From NCBI RefSeq assembly GCF_009914755.1, contig NC_060939.1: 64,000 nt of DNA; one strand, written 5' to 3'. How positions within the stretch are numbered: the first letter of the stretch is position 1; every line of letters begins with the position of its first letter. The stretch is from the human T2T-CHM13v2.0 reference genome, Homo sapiens. Below, piece after piece: positions 61,864 to 64,000 of this stretch. Both the position numbers and the translations under genes were made by a program. The notes below the pieces were generated by a model that saw only the letters and a program-made list of their open reading frames with translations, had not been told where the DNA came from and made no database searches.

Positions 61864-63179
61864 AATATCCTTTCAATGTTTCTTCCCAAATCAGTCAATG
61901 ACACACCGGACTATTTGGCACAAGAATCAGAAGTCTCCTCCAAAGCCTCTGTAGGAGAAACAGTATCCATGTGCCTTCCTCACTCTGGGTCTCAAATGCC
62001 CTCAGCAAATTTCAGCACAAACTTTCCAGTAAGATATCGAATTCACCCCCAAACCCAGAATAAAACAGTCAACACTTGCAAACAAACAAGATGTGCCTAG
62101 GTTTAACCTAATAAAGGTAGAGCCTCTTTGATTCAAACCTGCTCATAAAGTGGTAAGAAATCGATGAGGAGGAATCCGACAAACCAGCTAATAGTCTGAA
62201 TAAGCTCTCCAGATGTGCTGCATTTTTTAGGCTCACCCCAGACTGTCATCAATGTTTCAACATTTAATGTTTGACTTCCTGCTTTCTTCTTGCCTGCCAC
62301 AGAAGTTGAACTAAAGTTCCCCTCTTCAAAGACAATATCACACACATTTTTTTTTCTTTGTACTCTGATCCATGAGCATCTTAAGTAAGGTCTCCTTCAC
62401 AGGTTGCAAGTCAATATCACAGAGGGGAAGCTGACACGTGAGTGCTGTCATATGTCAATCATTACCTTGCATTTCACACTGTGAGGTATGCATTGACTAT
62501 TTTTACTTTGCTGCATTTCCTTCCTAAACTTCTCTGGTAAAGGGAGAGGGCACTTCTCTAAATACAAGGAATTTAAAAAGCGAAGGGGCTCTTTGCAAAG
62601 GGAATTACAAAATTTCCCCACACTATCACCAATGACTTCCTACTCCTTTCTGAGACACCCCAGCATCTCTGTCCACAAAAGCTACACTGTTACCCAGCAA
62701 CATCTTTATCCCCTTCATGAATCTCAAACTTCTTCCAGGATTTCGTTCCCAAAGTGTTCATCTATCAGCAGCACTGCAGTGAGAATGAGAAAATAATTTG
62801 CAAATTGTGAGAGCTGAATCATGCCATAATGGAATTGACAGGGTAGGAGTAATTGAGGGGAAAAAAATGCTTTTTAAGAGATGTCACCAATTTTACTTTC
62901 ATATTTTCCAGCTCTGAAGTTTCAGTGGGTCATGGTACGCAATGAGGAAGCCAAAAGTTTCACTGGCAATACTGGTTTCTCTCTGTTTCTGGAATAACTT
63001 ATGCATCTTTTGCCTTAGTTATCAGTGGATGGTGTTTATATGACCTGATCACAAAGTCTAGGAACGCATACAGCTTGAACTTTAAAAAGATAAATTTGTC
63101 CCCACGGCATATACTATAGACCTTAGTCAGCTGATCAGTTCTACAAAGCATACCTTTGTAAATGGTACATAAGATACTA

Positions 63180-63224
63180 TTAGGTTGGTGCAAATGTAAT
63201 TGGAGTTTTTGCCATGAAAAGTGC
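63180..63224. mobile_element. MADE1 (Hsmar1 MITE) half element
   Basis: ta|ttaggttggtgcaaatgtaattggagtttttgccat is one Hsmar1 TIR; the second TIR is absent. Confidence 0.85.
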
Positions 63225-63227
63225 CTC

Positions 63228-64000
63228 TTGTGGTATCAGATGGGACAGCTTGATTGTGGCCAGGAGATCCACCTTAGATGTCTCATGCACGTGGCAAGTT
63301 AGTGCTGGCTGTCACCTGGGTGCTTTGTTGGGGCTGTCACCCTGTGTCTAGATTTCCCCCCAAATAGCCTCTCAATATGGCAAGGTGGGCTTCTCTCAGC
63401 ACGGTGGCTGGGTTCTGAGAGAGAGAGACTGTTCCAAGAGCCAGCAATCCATAAAAACATGACACAATGTGCAAACACTTATCAAGCTCCAGCTTACTTT
63501 ATATTAGTGCTAAAGTTTGGGTGTTTGTCCCTCCAAACCTCATGTTGACATTTGATCTCAGTGTTGGAGGTAGGAGCCTCATGGGAGGTGATTGACTCAC
63601 GGAGACAGATCCTTCATGAATGGTTTCGTGTCATCCTGGAGGTAGTGAGTGAGTTCTCACTCTTTTAATTTTCACAAGAGCCAGTTGTTAAAAAGAGCCT
63701 GGCACCTCCCAACGCTCTCTCTTGCTTCCTCTTTGCTATAAAATCTCTGCACATGCTGGCTCCTGCTCAACTTCCACCATTACTGGAAGTTTCCTGAAGC
63801 CCTCACTAGAAGCAGATGCTGGCCCCATCCTTCTTAGGAAGCCTGCAGAGCCATGAGCCAAATAAACCTCTTTCCTTTATAAATTACCCAGCCTCAGGTA
63901 CTAAATGGACTAAGACAATTAACATTACACAAAGCTAATAGTATGACCACGCCCTGAGCCAATGCAGAAGGAAACTACACAGGAATGTGGATATCAGAAG
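63228..64000 (-). mobile_element. MLT1-type LTR split by an MST LTR
   Basis: gtggcaagttagtgctggctgtc...gggcttctctcagcacggtggctggg, resuming after 63917. Confidence 0.65.
63508..63917 (+). mobile_element. MST (MSTB-type) solo LTR
   Basis: tgctaaagtttgg...ctccaaacctcatgttg...ggactaagaca; TSD attag/attaa. Confidence 0.88.

Overview
This is primate, most likely human, non-coding genomic DNA (intergenic or deep intronic) and is dominated by interspersed repeats. These include about 20 Alu-family copies, L1/HAL1, L2 and MIR fragments, LTRs (LTR12F, MER57, MER39, THE1, MST, MLT1, LTR16) and DNA transposons (full-length HSMAR2, MER63, MER33, MER5, half of a MADE1). I recognise no intact protein-coding gene, RNA gene or CRISPR array. 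The only gene-derived sequence is a 5'-truncated processed retrocopy of PABPC4 (35581-36410) with a poly(A) tail and a perfect 14-bp target-site duplication (TSD). Nearly all long ORFs in the track are Alu, L1 or CA-repeat artefacts. The most notable unexplained structures are a ~870-bp imperfect fold-back palindrome in a TA-rich block (4877-5741), a 2.1-kb CA-rich higher-order tandem array, the open and CpG-rich MLLE segment of the PABPC4 retrocopy, a microexon-like 21-nt cassette, and a 194-codon ATG ORF in apparently unique DNA. I found no convincing evidence for a new biological system. Repeat subfamily names come from recalled consensus sequences and need RepeatMasker/Dfam confirmation, and boundaries of old repeats are approximate.
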